Source of the DNA: Candidatus Aldehydirespiratoraceae bacterium
GTDB lineage: Bacteria > Actinomycetota > Acidimicrobiia > Acidimicrobiales > Aldehydirespiratoraceae
Direction of reading: 5' to 3'
Assembly: GCA_965198315.1 (NCBI GenBank)
Contig: OZ240616.1
Coordinates: forward strand, 3,465,723 to 3,529,722
Length of the DNA: 64,000 nucleotides
The notes beneath the pieces are model-generated. The model had not been told where the DNA came from and did no database searches. It worked only from the letters and a program-made list of their open reading frames with translations. Of the stretch, positions 56,554-64,000 are shown piece by piece; position 1 is the stretch's first letter, and every line of letters starts with the position of its first letter. Made by a program: the position numbers and the translations under genes.

Positions 56554-56567
56554 TAGTAACGTTGCTA
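56554..56567. promoter_or_regulatory. Palindromic TA operator overlapping -10 (TATAGT)
   Basis: tagtaac-gttgcta, one mismatch from a perfect palindrome, upstream of the Phd antitoxin. Confidence 0.6.
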
Positions 56568-56584
56568 CTTGAAGGGAGTCGTCG

Positions 56585-56848
56585 ATGAATCGATCAGTCC
56601 GCAGCATGAGCAGCAGAGAGTTCAACCAGGGAACCGGTTCCGCGAAGGTAGCGGCTCTTGACGGACCCGTCTATGTCACGGACCGGGGTAAGCCCTCCCA
56701 TGTGCTGCTGAGCTACGAAGACTACCGCCAACTCGTGAAGGACGATCAGAGCCTCGCCGAGGTGTTGTGCAACACACCGGGCGCGGGCGACATCGACCTT
56801 GAGGTCCCCGACCGCGGCGCGCCGGCCCGACCCGCTGTCTTCGGCTGA
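56585..56848 (+). CDS. Phd/YefM family antitoxin
   Basis: SSREFNQ..AK.AA..GPVYVTDRGKPSHVLLSYEDY. Confidence 0.9.
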   Translation: MNRSVRSMSSREFNQGTGSAKVAALDGPVYVTDRGKPSHVLLSYEDYRQLVKDDQSLAEVLCNTPGAGDIDLEVPDRGAPARPAVFG

Positions 56849-56921
56849 TAAACACGTCACCTTCGACGCTGAACCCCTCATCGGCGGCCAACTCTCACTC
56901 CCGTCCGGTTATGTTCGACTG

Positions 56922-57353
56922 ATGTACTTGCTCGACACCAACGTGGTCTCCGAGATCCGCAAGATCAACTCCGGGAGAGCCGATGCGAACGTGGCAGATT
57001 GGGCCTGCGCTGTCGATGCCAACCAGACCTACATGTCGGCGATCACGATCCAAGAACTTGAACACGGCGTGCTGTTGGCCGAGCGCCGCGACCCCCACAC
57101 CGCAACAGTTCTTCGGACCTGGTTCGAAAACGATGTGTGCCATGAGTTCGAGCAACAGATCCTTCCGGTCGACACCAGAGTGGCCCGGTTGGCCGCGACG
57201 CTGCATGTACCCGACCCGGCCCCCATCGCCGATGCCCTGATCGCCGCGACCGCCATCGTCAACAAGATGGTGGTTGTGACCCGCAACGTTCACGACTTCG
57301 AACGCTTCACCCATCTCAAGATCCTCAACCCCTGGAACCCACCTTCGCCATAA
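56922..57353 (+). CDS. vapC: VapC PIN-domain toxin
   Basis: MYLLDTNVVSEIRK, ELEHG, DALIAATA, VVTRNVHDF, LNPW. Confidence 0.92.
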   Translation: MYLLDTNVVSEIRKINSGRADANVADWACAVDANQTYMSAITIQELEHGVLLAERRDPHTATVLRTWFENDVCHEFEQQILPVDTRVARLAATLHVPDPAPIADALIAATAIVNKMVVVTRNVHDFERFTHLKILNPWNPPSP

Positions 57354-57396
57354 ATACACCGTTCACGTCAGCACGGGCGTGTCACCAATATCAGGG

Positions 57397-58581
57397 TTAG
57401 CGGCGGCGGAGGAGAGATTTGAGGCGGCCGTTGGTGGAAGCTTTCAGGGCTTCGAGTTCGGTTTCGTCCACTTCAGTAACACCCGGTCGCCAACGCGGAT
57501 GCAGCACCGTGTAGAGAGCCAGCGCAAAAGCCGCAATACCGATCGGGACGAAGGCGTCGCCCTCTCCGGTGTAGGTCGGGTACAGCACAAAGGCCGACAG
57601 CAAGGCCGTCCACATCCACAGAATGAGCACGGCTCGCCCATGGCCATGACCGATCCGCATGAGCTGGTGGTGAAGGTGTTCCTTGTCTGCCGCATGAACC
57701 GCACCGCCACGCGCCGCTCTGCGCACAATAGCGAAGAGGGTGTCGAGAATCGGCACACCCAAAATGACCAGCGGAATGAAGATCGGGGCGAAGAAGAAGA
57801 ACGCCTGACCAGAGAACTCCTGGGTGGTTCGGCCGCCCACCGACATGGTTGAGACCGCCATCAACAAACCCAGCAGCAGCGCTCCCCCGTCGCCCATGAA
57901 GATCCTGGCGGGATGCACGTTGTGGGGCAGAAACCCAACGCAGACACCCAGGGTGATGCAAGCCCACAGCGCTCCAGGATTGTTCGGGCCGATGACATCG
58001 GCGTCGCTCAATCGCAAGGCGTAGAGCAGGAAAGTTCCCGAGGCTATGGCAACGGTGCCACCGGCGAGCCCATCGAGGCCATCGATCAAATTGACCGCTG
58101 TCGCCATACCCAGAACCCACAGAACTGTCACCAACGCTGACCAATCGGCCGACAGGAACAACAGATCAAAGAACGGCACGCGGAACACCAGGATTGACAC
58201 GCCTGTCATCGACAGCACACCTCCCGCCAGCACCATTCCGGCGACTTTCGCCGGGGCGGAAATCTCGCGCACATCATCGACGAACCCGACGCTCCAGATC
58301 ACCGCCGCGGCAACAACCACTCCGAGCATCTCCGTACGCGCAGACATGACATCTGCAAAGTCATCCATGAATGCAGCTACGCAAAACGCACCCACGACCC
58401 CCACAAGCATTGCCGCACCACCACCGCGAGGTGTTGCCACTGTGTGAACGTGGCGCTCATCAGGAGGAGCGACCGCGCCGAGACGAACCGACAAGCGGCG
58501 TACCAGAGGTGTTGCCGCAAAGGTGACAACGGCCGCGACGGCAGCAACCAACAGATACGCCGACAGCGATGGTGCCGGCAT
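57397..58581 (-). CDS. wecA: MraY/WecA-like UDP-GlcNAc:polyprenyl-phosphate GlcNAc-1-phosphate transferase
   Basis: TPRGGG, GFVDD, NLIDGLDGL, IFMGDGG, DKEHLHHQL; follows glyA. Confidence 0.88.
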   Translation of the reverse strand: MPAPSLSAYLLVAAVAAVVTFAATPLVRRLSVRLGAVAPPDERHVHTVATPRGGGAAMLVGVVGAFCVAAFMDDFADVMSARTEMLGVVVAAAVIWSVGFVDDVREISAPAKVAGMVLAGGVLSMTGVSILVFRVPFFDLLFLSADWSALVTVLWVLGMATAVNLIDGLDGLAGGTVAIASGTFLLYALRLSDADVIGPNNPGALWACITLGVCVGFLPHNVHPARIFMGDGGALLLGLLMAVSTMSVGGRTTQEFSGQAFFFFAPIFIPLVILGVPILDTLFAIVRRAARGGAVHAADKEHLHHQLMRIGHGHGRAVLILWMWTALLSAFVLYPTYTGEGDAFVPIGIAAFALALYTVLHPRWRPGVTEVDETELEALKASTNGRLKSLLRRR

Positions 58582-58603
58582 CTCTGCTACCTCAACTCGC
58601 CGT

Positions 58604-59857
58604 TCATACCCCGAGATCGGGGTAGGGGCAGAACCTCGAACAGAGTTCTGCCACGTCGGCTTTGACCGAACCAACCACGCTGTCATCGTCACGTCCGCTC
58701 AGCGTTCTGGCAATGAGTTCGGCGATGGTGGCCATCTCATCGGGGCCCATGCCCTGAGTGGATACCGCGGGCGTGCCAACCCGTATTCCTGAGGTCACGA
58801 AAGGTGAGCGCGGGTCATCGGGGATTGTGTTCTTGTTGAGGCTGATACCAGCGGAATCAAGCACAGCCTGAGCTTCCTTGCCGGTTAGATCGGGATCAAA
58901 GGTCCGCAGATCAATCAGCAGAAGGTGATTATCGGTCCCGCCGCTCACCAACCTGAACCCGTGGCCCGCCAGCGCCTTTGCGAGAGCCGCAGCGTTGGCA
59001 ACAATCGACGCCGCATAGTCGGCGAACTCCGGGGTTGATGCTTCTGCGAACGCGATCGCCTTGGCTCCGATTGCGTTCTCGAGCGGGCCTCCCTGGATGC
59101 CCGGGAACATCGCCTTGTCGATGGCCGCGGCGTACTGCTCGGAGCTGAGAACGCACCCGCCTCTGGGACCGCGCAGTGTCTTGTGCGTTGTAAAGGTGAC
59201 GATGTCGGCAATACCCACCGGGTTGGGGTGAACGCCACCCGCTATCAAGCCGGCGATGTGCGCCGCGTCAAACATCAGCAGCGCGCCGACTTCATCGGCG
59301 ATCTCTCGCAGTGGATTCGGATCGATGATGCGTGGGTAAGCAGTGGCTCCGGCCACGATCAGTTTCGGTTCTTCGGCATGGGCCTTGCTGGCCATGTCCT
59401 CGAAGTCGATGCGCTCGTCGCTGGCCGTCACCCCATAGGAGACGAAGCGGTATTGCCGACCCGAGAAGTTGACCGGCGAACCGTGGGTCAGATGCCCACC
59501 GTGATCCAGGCTCATTCCCAGCACCGTGTCGCCCGGCTCAAGTACTGCCTGGTACACCGCCATGTTGGCGATCGCCCCGGCATGGGGCTGCACGTTGGCG
59601 TGATCGGCACCGAACAAGGCGCACACTCGGCGTCGAGCCTCGTCCTCAATCTCGTCGATGACCATGTTGCCGCCGTAGTAACGCCTGTACGGGTAACCCT
59701 CGGAGTATTTGTTGGTCAGAACCGAGCCGGTAGCGGCCATAACCGCTGGGGAGGCGAAGTTCTCCGAGGCGATCAACTGAAGGGTGGAGTTCTGGCGGAT
59801 CTCCTCTCGAACAATCATCTCCAGAACTGGATCATCGGCAACGTGGGGCCACGACAT
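58604..59857 (-). CDS. glyA: Serine hydroxymethyltransferase
   Basis: [45 protein letters not shown]. Confidence 0.97.
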   Translation of the reverse strand: MSWPHVADDPVLEMIVREEIRQNSTLQLIASENFASPAVMAATGSVLTNKYSEGYPYRRYYGGNMVIDEIEDEARRRVCALFGADHANVQPHAGAIANMAVYQAVLEPGDTVLGMSLDHGGHLTHGSPVNFSGRQYRFVSYGVTASDERIDFEDMASKAHAEEPKLIVAGATAYPRIIDPNPLREIADEVGALLMFDAAHIAGLIAGGVHPNPVGIADIVTFTTHKTLRGPRGGCVLSSEQYAAAIDKAMFPGIQGGPLENAIGAKAIAFAEASTPEFADYAASIVANAAALAKALAGHGFRLVSGGTDNHLLLIDLRTFDPDLTGKEAQAVLDSAGISLNKNTIPDDPRSPFVTSGIRVGTPAVSTQGMGPDEMATIAELIARTLSGRDDDSVVGSVKADVAELCSRFCPYPDLGV

Positions 59858-59946
59858 TCAAGTGCTCCTAGCTTGGTCGACGTCCGGGACTCTATATGGA
59901 GGAAATAAGGCCGAACAGCGGAATCGTAGCGTCCGTTGGCAAGCGC

Positions 59947-60393
59947 TCAGACGGATTCGTCGTCAAGGTTGCCGAGCTTTTCTATTCGCGCCACATGGCG
60001 ACCGCCTTCAAACTCGGAGTCAAGCCATGCCTGCATCGCTTGGGCGGCCACCTCGGGGCCGACGAACCGCTCACCGACGCAGATCACATTCGCATCGTTG
60101 TGCTCACGAGCCGAACGTGCAGATGTGGCATCCCACACCGTCGCCGCGCGCACTCCCGCGATCTTGTTAGCCGCCATACCGATCCCGATTCCGCTTCCAC
60201 AAACACACACACCGCCCTCGGCGCCACCGCTTACCACCGCCCTGCCGACGGCCGCACCGAAGTCTGGATAGTCGACCCGCTCAGTCGAGTAGGTACCACA
60301 ATCAACTACATCGTGACCCAAGTCCCGTAATCGCTGCGCTAGCGACTCCTTCATCGAGAACCCGGCATGATCGGAACCGACCGCTATACGCAT
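59947..60393 (-). CDS. rpiB: Ribose-5-phosphate isomerase B
   Basis: GSDHAG, VDYPD, CGSGIG, AREHNDAN, FEGGRH. Confidence 0.96.
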   Translation of the reverse strand: MRIAVGSDHAGFSMKESLAQRLRDLGHDVVDCGTYSTERVDYPDFGAAVGRAVVSGGAEGGVCVCGSGIGIGMAANKIAGVRAATVWDATSARSAREHNDANVICVGERFVGPEVAAQAMQAWLDSEFEGGRHVARIEKLGNLDDESV

Positions 60394-60402
60394 GCCGCCA
60401 GT

Positions 60403-60990
60403 TTAGGTTCTTGCGCTCAGCTCCGCGTTGATATTCGCCATTGAAACGGGGCCTTGACGTAATAGCACCGGAGCACCGTCGACGATCGACACTACGGTGC
60501 TCGCCGAACCCTGCCGAGGGCCGCCGTCGACCACGATCTGTACCGTGTCGAAGAGCTCGGCAGCGTCAGAGCACAGCTCGGGGGTTGGCTGACCATGAAG
60601 GTTGGCGCTGCTAGCGGCCAACGGCCCAACAATAGAGGCGACTGAACGAACGAATTCGTCGTCAGGGCAGCGAACTCCGAGCGTCGAATCGGTTCCCGCG
60701 GCGACCGCTCCGTTGTCAATACGGTTCGCAACAATGGTGAGAGCGCCTGGCCAGAAACGCTCGGCTAGGGCGTTTCCGTCGGCACCAAGATTTACATAGC
60801 TCGCAGCCTGAGCAGTATCTGCAACAAGTACCGCCACCGAGGTATCGACCGGACGCTGCTTAAGAGCAAAAACCGCAGCGAGGGCGGCGCTGTTCGTGGC
60901 CATCACTGCCAAGCCATAAACCGTGTCGGTCGGAAGCAGCACAATTTGACCTTCCTGCAGCGCGGCAACAACGCGATCAAGATCGCTCAT
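60403..60990 (-). CDS. tsaC: Threonylcarbamoyl-AMP synthase (Sua5/YrdC)
   Basis: PTDTVYGL, KQRP, FWPGALT, SSANLHG, STVV, LRQG. Confidence 0.92.
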   Translation of the reverse strand: MSDLDRVVAALQEGQIVLLPTDTVYGLAVMATNSAALAAVFALKQRPVDTSVAVLVADTAQAASYVNLGADGNALAERFWPGALTIVANRIDNGAVAAGTDSTLGVRCPDDEFVRSVASIVGPLAASSANLHGQPTPELCSDAAELFDTVQIVVDGGPRQGSASTVVSIVDGAPVLLRQGPVSMANINAELSART

Positions 60991-61910
60991 CTGCGTGCCA
61001 TCACAGCCCGGGGACGGCCGCTGAGATCTTCATGGATCGTCGCCTGCCAGCCAAGATCACGACACCATTGCTGCACCCTGGAAGTCTGGGCCGGTGACAT
61101 CTCAAGCACGATCACTCCGCGAGGCGCCAACCACTGCGGCGCTTCAGTCACGATGCCGCGCAGATCGGCGAACCCTTCGGATTTGGCCCACAGCGCGGTT
61201 GCGGGCTCCCAGTCGGCCACCACCGCGGGTAGCGCTTCGCTCTGGGCGACATAAGGAGGATTCGAAACCACAACATCAAGGGTGCCTCGCAACTCGTCGG
61301 GCAACGCTTCGAACCAATCTCCGTGATGCAAGCTGACCGAAGTTGCCGCAGACCCGATCCCCGCCAGATTCGCCCGAGCCACCGCAAGAGCATCTCGGGA
61401 CACATCCGTGGCGTATACCCGGCAGCCCTTACATTCGACCGCTACTGACAAGGCAATCGCACCCGAGCCGGTACCAAGATCAGCCACGGTCACAATACCC
61501 TCAGTACCGCCACTGGTTCGGCTCTTTTTTTTGCGCACCTCGTCAATGGCGTCAATGGCGAGACCGGCAACGATCTCTGTCTCGGGCCGAGGAATGAGTA
61601 CCCGCTGATCGACCATCAGATCAAGGGTTCGGAACCCCCAACGACCCAACACATATTGCAACGGTTCGCCTTGAACGCGGCGTTCCACCAACTCGTCAAA
61701 GCGTGCCATCGCCTTGGTCGTGACGCAATCTTCAAGAACGCGGTGCACCCCCGATTGCCGCGCGCCGGTTATCTCCTCAACCACCCGCCGAGCATCGATT
61801 TGTGCCGTGTCGATACCTGCATGCTCGAAACGAGCTACTGCTTCAGCGAGAAGTTCCGACCACCTGACCGTGCCAGCAGCGTTGACTGTGCCAGAGGTGC
61901 ACTCAGACAT
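60987..61910 (-). CDS. prmC: Release factor glutamine methyltransferase
   Basis: GEPLQY, VLIPRPETE, DLGTGSGAI, SNPPY. Confidence 0.96.
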   Translation of the reverse strand: MSECTSGTVNAAGTVRWSELLAEAVARFEHAGIDTAQIDARRVVEEITGARQSGVHRVLEDCVTTKAMARFDELVERRVQGEPLQYVLGRWGFRTLDLMVDQRVLIPRPETEIVAGLAIDAIDEVRKKKSRTSGGTEGIVTVADLGTGSGAIALSVAVECKGCRVYATDVSRDALAVARANLAGIGSAATSVSLHHGDWFEALPDELRGTLDVVVSNPPYVAQSEALPAVVADWEPATALWAKSEGFADLRGIVTEAPQWLAPRGVIVLEMSPAQTSRVQQWCRDLGWQATIHEDLSGRPRAVMARR

Positions 61911-62967
61911 CGTCTTGGAGTTGCAGTTGGCGCTCCTCGGCTACCAGGGCGTCGCTGATGTCGTCCAACTCGCCGGCCAAGACCCGATCGAGTTTGTGGA
62001 CTGTGAGTCCGATCCGATGATCGGTCAGGCGGTTCTCTTTGAAGTTGTAGGTGCGGATCTTCTCAGAGCGGTCGCCCATCGAAACCTGTCCCTTGCGCAG
62101 ATCCGACGCCTCGGCATCCGCACGTTCCTTTTCGAGTTGCCCGAGACGCGCTCGCAGCACCCGCATAGCTTTGTTCTTGTTCTTGAGCTGGCTCTTCTCG
62201 TCCTGCATGGTGACCACCAAACCTGTCGGCTCATGAACGATCCTCACTGCTGAATCCATGGTGTTGACCGACTGACCACCGTGGCCCGATGCCCGATAGG
62301 TGTCGACGCGCAGGTCGTTGTCGTCAATGTGGACCTCAACCTCTTCAGGCTCCGGCAACACCATCATCGTGGCCGACGATGTGTGGACCCGCCCCTGCGA
62401 TTCAGTCACCGGCACCCGTTGCACCCGGTGAGTCCCGGCCTCGTGCTTCATCCTGGTCCACACCGATGGACCCGATAGCAGTGCCGTTACCTCCGACAGT
62501 CCTCCGAGTTCGGTGGGCGACGAACTGAGCACTTCCATGCGCCAGTTCATTCGCTTCGCAAACGCCTCGTACATGACAAGCAGATCTCGGGCAAAGAGGT
62601 TGGCTTCATCACCACCGGCCGCCCCTCTGATCTCAATGATGACGTTGCGTCCATCGTTTGGATCGGAGGGCAACATCAGAACACGGAGCTGCTCAGCGCT
62701 CTGCGCGACAAGGGCTTCGAGTTCTACGACTTCTGCGCGCATCTCGGTTCGTTCAGCACCTTGAGCGTCTCGCAGCATCTCATTGGCGACCTCCAAGTCT
62801 TCGACCGCACAACGCCAGCTCAAGCCCGCAGAAACGATCTCTTCAAGTTGCTTGAAACGGCGACCGAGGTCCGCTAGCTGAGACGCGTCTGCCTGCACCG
62901 CTGGATCACCGAGACGGATCTCAACGTCACGAAGCTCTTGTTGGAGGCGTTCAACGCGGTCCCACAT
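61903..62967 (-). CDS. prfA: Peptide chain release factor 1
   Basis: GGDEA, HRVQRVPVTE (PxT motif), GGQ, DRSEKIRTYNF; leaderless TAGCCT start MWDRVERL. Confidence 0.96.
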   Translation of the reverse strand: MWDRVERLQQELRDVEIRLGDPAVQADASQLADLGRRFKQLEEIVSAGLSWRCAVEDLEVANEMLRDAQGAERTEMRAEVVELEALVAQSAEQLRVLMLPSDPNDGRNVIIEIRGAAGGDEANLFARDLLVMYEAFAKRMNWRMEVLSSSPTELGGLSEVTALLSGPSVWTRMKHEAGTHRVQRVPVTESQGRVHTSSATMMVLPEPEEVEVHIDDNDLRVDTYRASGHGGQSVNTMDSAVRIVHEPTGLVVTMQDEKSQLKNKNKAMRVLRARLGQLEKERADAEASDLRKGQVSMGDRSEKIRTYNFKENRLTDHRIGLTVHKLDRVLAGELDDISDALVAEERQLQLQDDV

Positions 62968-63017
62968 GAGATTGAGGCTAAGAGGCCGAGCGGATTGATC
63001 CTCAAAACGGCCGCTCT

Positions 63018-63581
63018 TTAGAGTGAGGCCAGGAATCGGCTCACGACGGTGATGATCTCGGGGTCGCATTCCGGCTTGGGATTGTGGCCTTGGCCTTCCA
63101 ACCAGTGCATCGTGACAGGTCCCGCGATGGCACCAATGTGGGCAGCTACTTCGTCTGGAGTGCCGAAAGGGTCACGGTCGCCGTTCACAAACAACGTCGG
63201 CACTGACAGATCACCAAAGTGCTCAACACGAAGGCGGTCGGGTTTCCCGACCGGATGCAAAGGGTAGCTGAGCGCCACCAAGCCGACAGCAGCCATCCCT
63301 TGGGCCATGGCTATTGAGCAGATGCGCCCACCCATCGAACGCCCGCCAAACGCCATGGACTCGGGATCCACACCAAGCGTTTCAGACGCAAGCTCCACCT
63401 CGGCTAGCAGAGCGTCGATCAGTTTGGGAGCACGATCCGGGAACCTGCGCCCCTCCTTGCGGTAGGGGAAGTCCATGCGCCACACCGGCAGGTCCAGTTG
63501 ATCCTGCAGTGCTACCAACAAACGGTGCGAAGAGTCACCACCCGCACCATGGGTCAAAAGCAGCGCTGAAGGGGCCGTCAT
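63018..63581 (-). CDS. Alpha/beta hydrolase (KANL3/Tex30-like)
   Basis: THGAGG, GRSMGG, YPLHPVGKP, GDRDPFG. Confidence 0.88.
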   Translation of the reverse strand: MTAPSALLLTHGAGGDSSHRLLVALQDQLDLPVWRMDFPYRKEGRRFPDRAPKLIDALLAEVELASETLGVDPESMAFGGRSMGGRICSIAMAQGMAAVGLVALSYPLHPVGKPDRLRVEHFGDLSVPTLFVNGDRDPFGTPDEVAAHIGAIAGPVTMHWLEGQGHNPKPECDPEIITVVSRFLASL

Positions 63582-64000
63582 TTCTGGGCCAGCAAGATTC
63601 GACGCGCTTCAGCAATATCAGCGATGCGCTCAGCGGCGCTCGCGACTTCACCGCCGTGGTCGGGGTGTACGGTCAACAAGGCATCACGGTAACCCTGCTG
63701 GATCAGGCCCTTGTTGAGTCGGTCAGCGACAGCGGAAAGACCGAGCACACGCATTGCCCAGTCGACATTGTCGCTCATCGCCCCATGTTGCACTGCAGAC
63801 CTCAAGAACGACGAGGAAGCCCCACCCGCCAGGTACGCCAAGAACCCGAGGTTGATCTCACCACGCCACGCCAGAGCACGGCGAATGTTCGCGAATACGC
63901 CTGTTCTGATATTCGACGGCAGCCTCCCGGCAGCATAAACAGCGCCCAGAACGTGCTGAGACGGCGCACCCTTGTCGGTCGTGAACTGCAGTCGCAGTTC
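63578..64000 (-). CDS. Protein with C-terminal J-domain-like region; 5' part outside the window
   Basis: Frame open from the window edge; YRDALLTVHPDHGG...AEARRIL with HPD motif; ATGA overlap with the next gene. Confidence 0.7.
   Translation of the reverse strand, partial: ELRLQFTTDKGAPSQHVLGAVYAAGRLPSNIRTGVFANIRRALAWRGEINLGFLAYLAGGASSSFLRSAVQHGAMSDNVDWAMRVLGLSAVADRLNKGLIQQGYRDALLTVHPDHGGEVASAAERIADIAEARRILLAQK

Noticed and set aside
59858-59946. ZTP (pfl) riboswitch upstream of glyA
   Set aside because: No GACTGGCG/CGCCTGGG-type core; only a -10 and an RBS are visible.
1-64000. rRNA, tRNA, prophage or integrase genes
   Set aside because: No cloverleaf or rRNA signatures, and no recombinase or phage structural motifs recognised.

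Overview
High-GC actinobacterial chromosome segment. Gene content suggests Acidimicrobiia, and the SLH-anchored proteins and many toxin-antitoxin (TA) modules would fit a host-associated lineage (inference). It mostly encodes lipid, steroid and CoA catabolism (SDRs, thiolases, CoA-transferases, P450, LLM monooxygenases), transporters, a LexA-boxed imuA'-imuB cassette and the prfA-prmC-tsaC-rpiB-glyA-wecA block. No rRNA, tRNA or CRISPR was seen. Most notable: (1) three small integrase-free cargo islets (a desaturase; a PIN TA pair plus AbiEi-like gene; RelB/DinJ), each bracketed by a 30-43 bp direct repeat that is a duplicated start or stop region of the neighbouring gene; (2) 'stacked' gene termini, including duplicated ATGA/GTGA coupling junctions that form chains of translationally coupled mini-ORFs; (3) a probable sulfoquinovose-monooxygenase (sulfo-SMO) module with a GH188-type sulfoquinovosidase; (4) TA loci showing toxin truncation or antitoxin replacement. 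All family assignments come from motif recognition by eye, not database searches.
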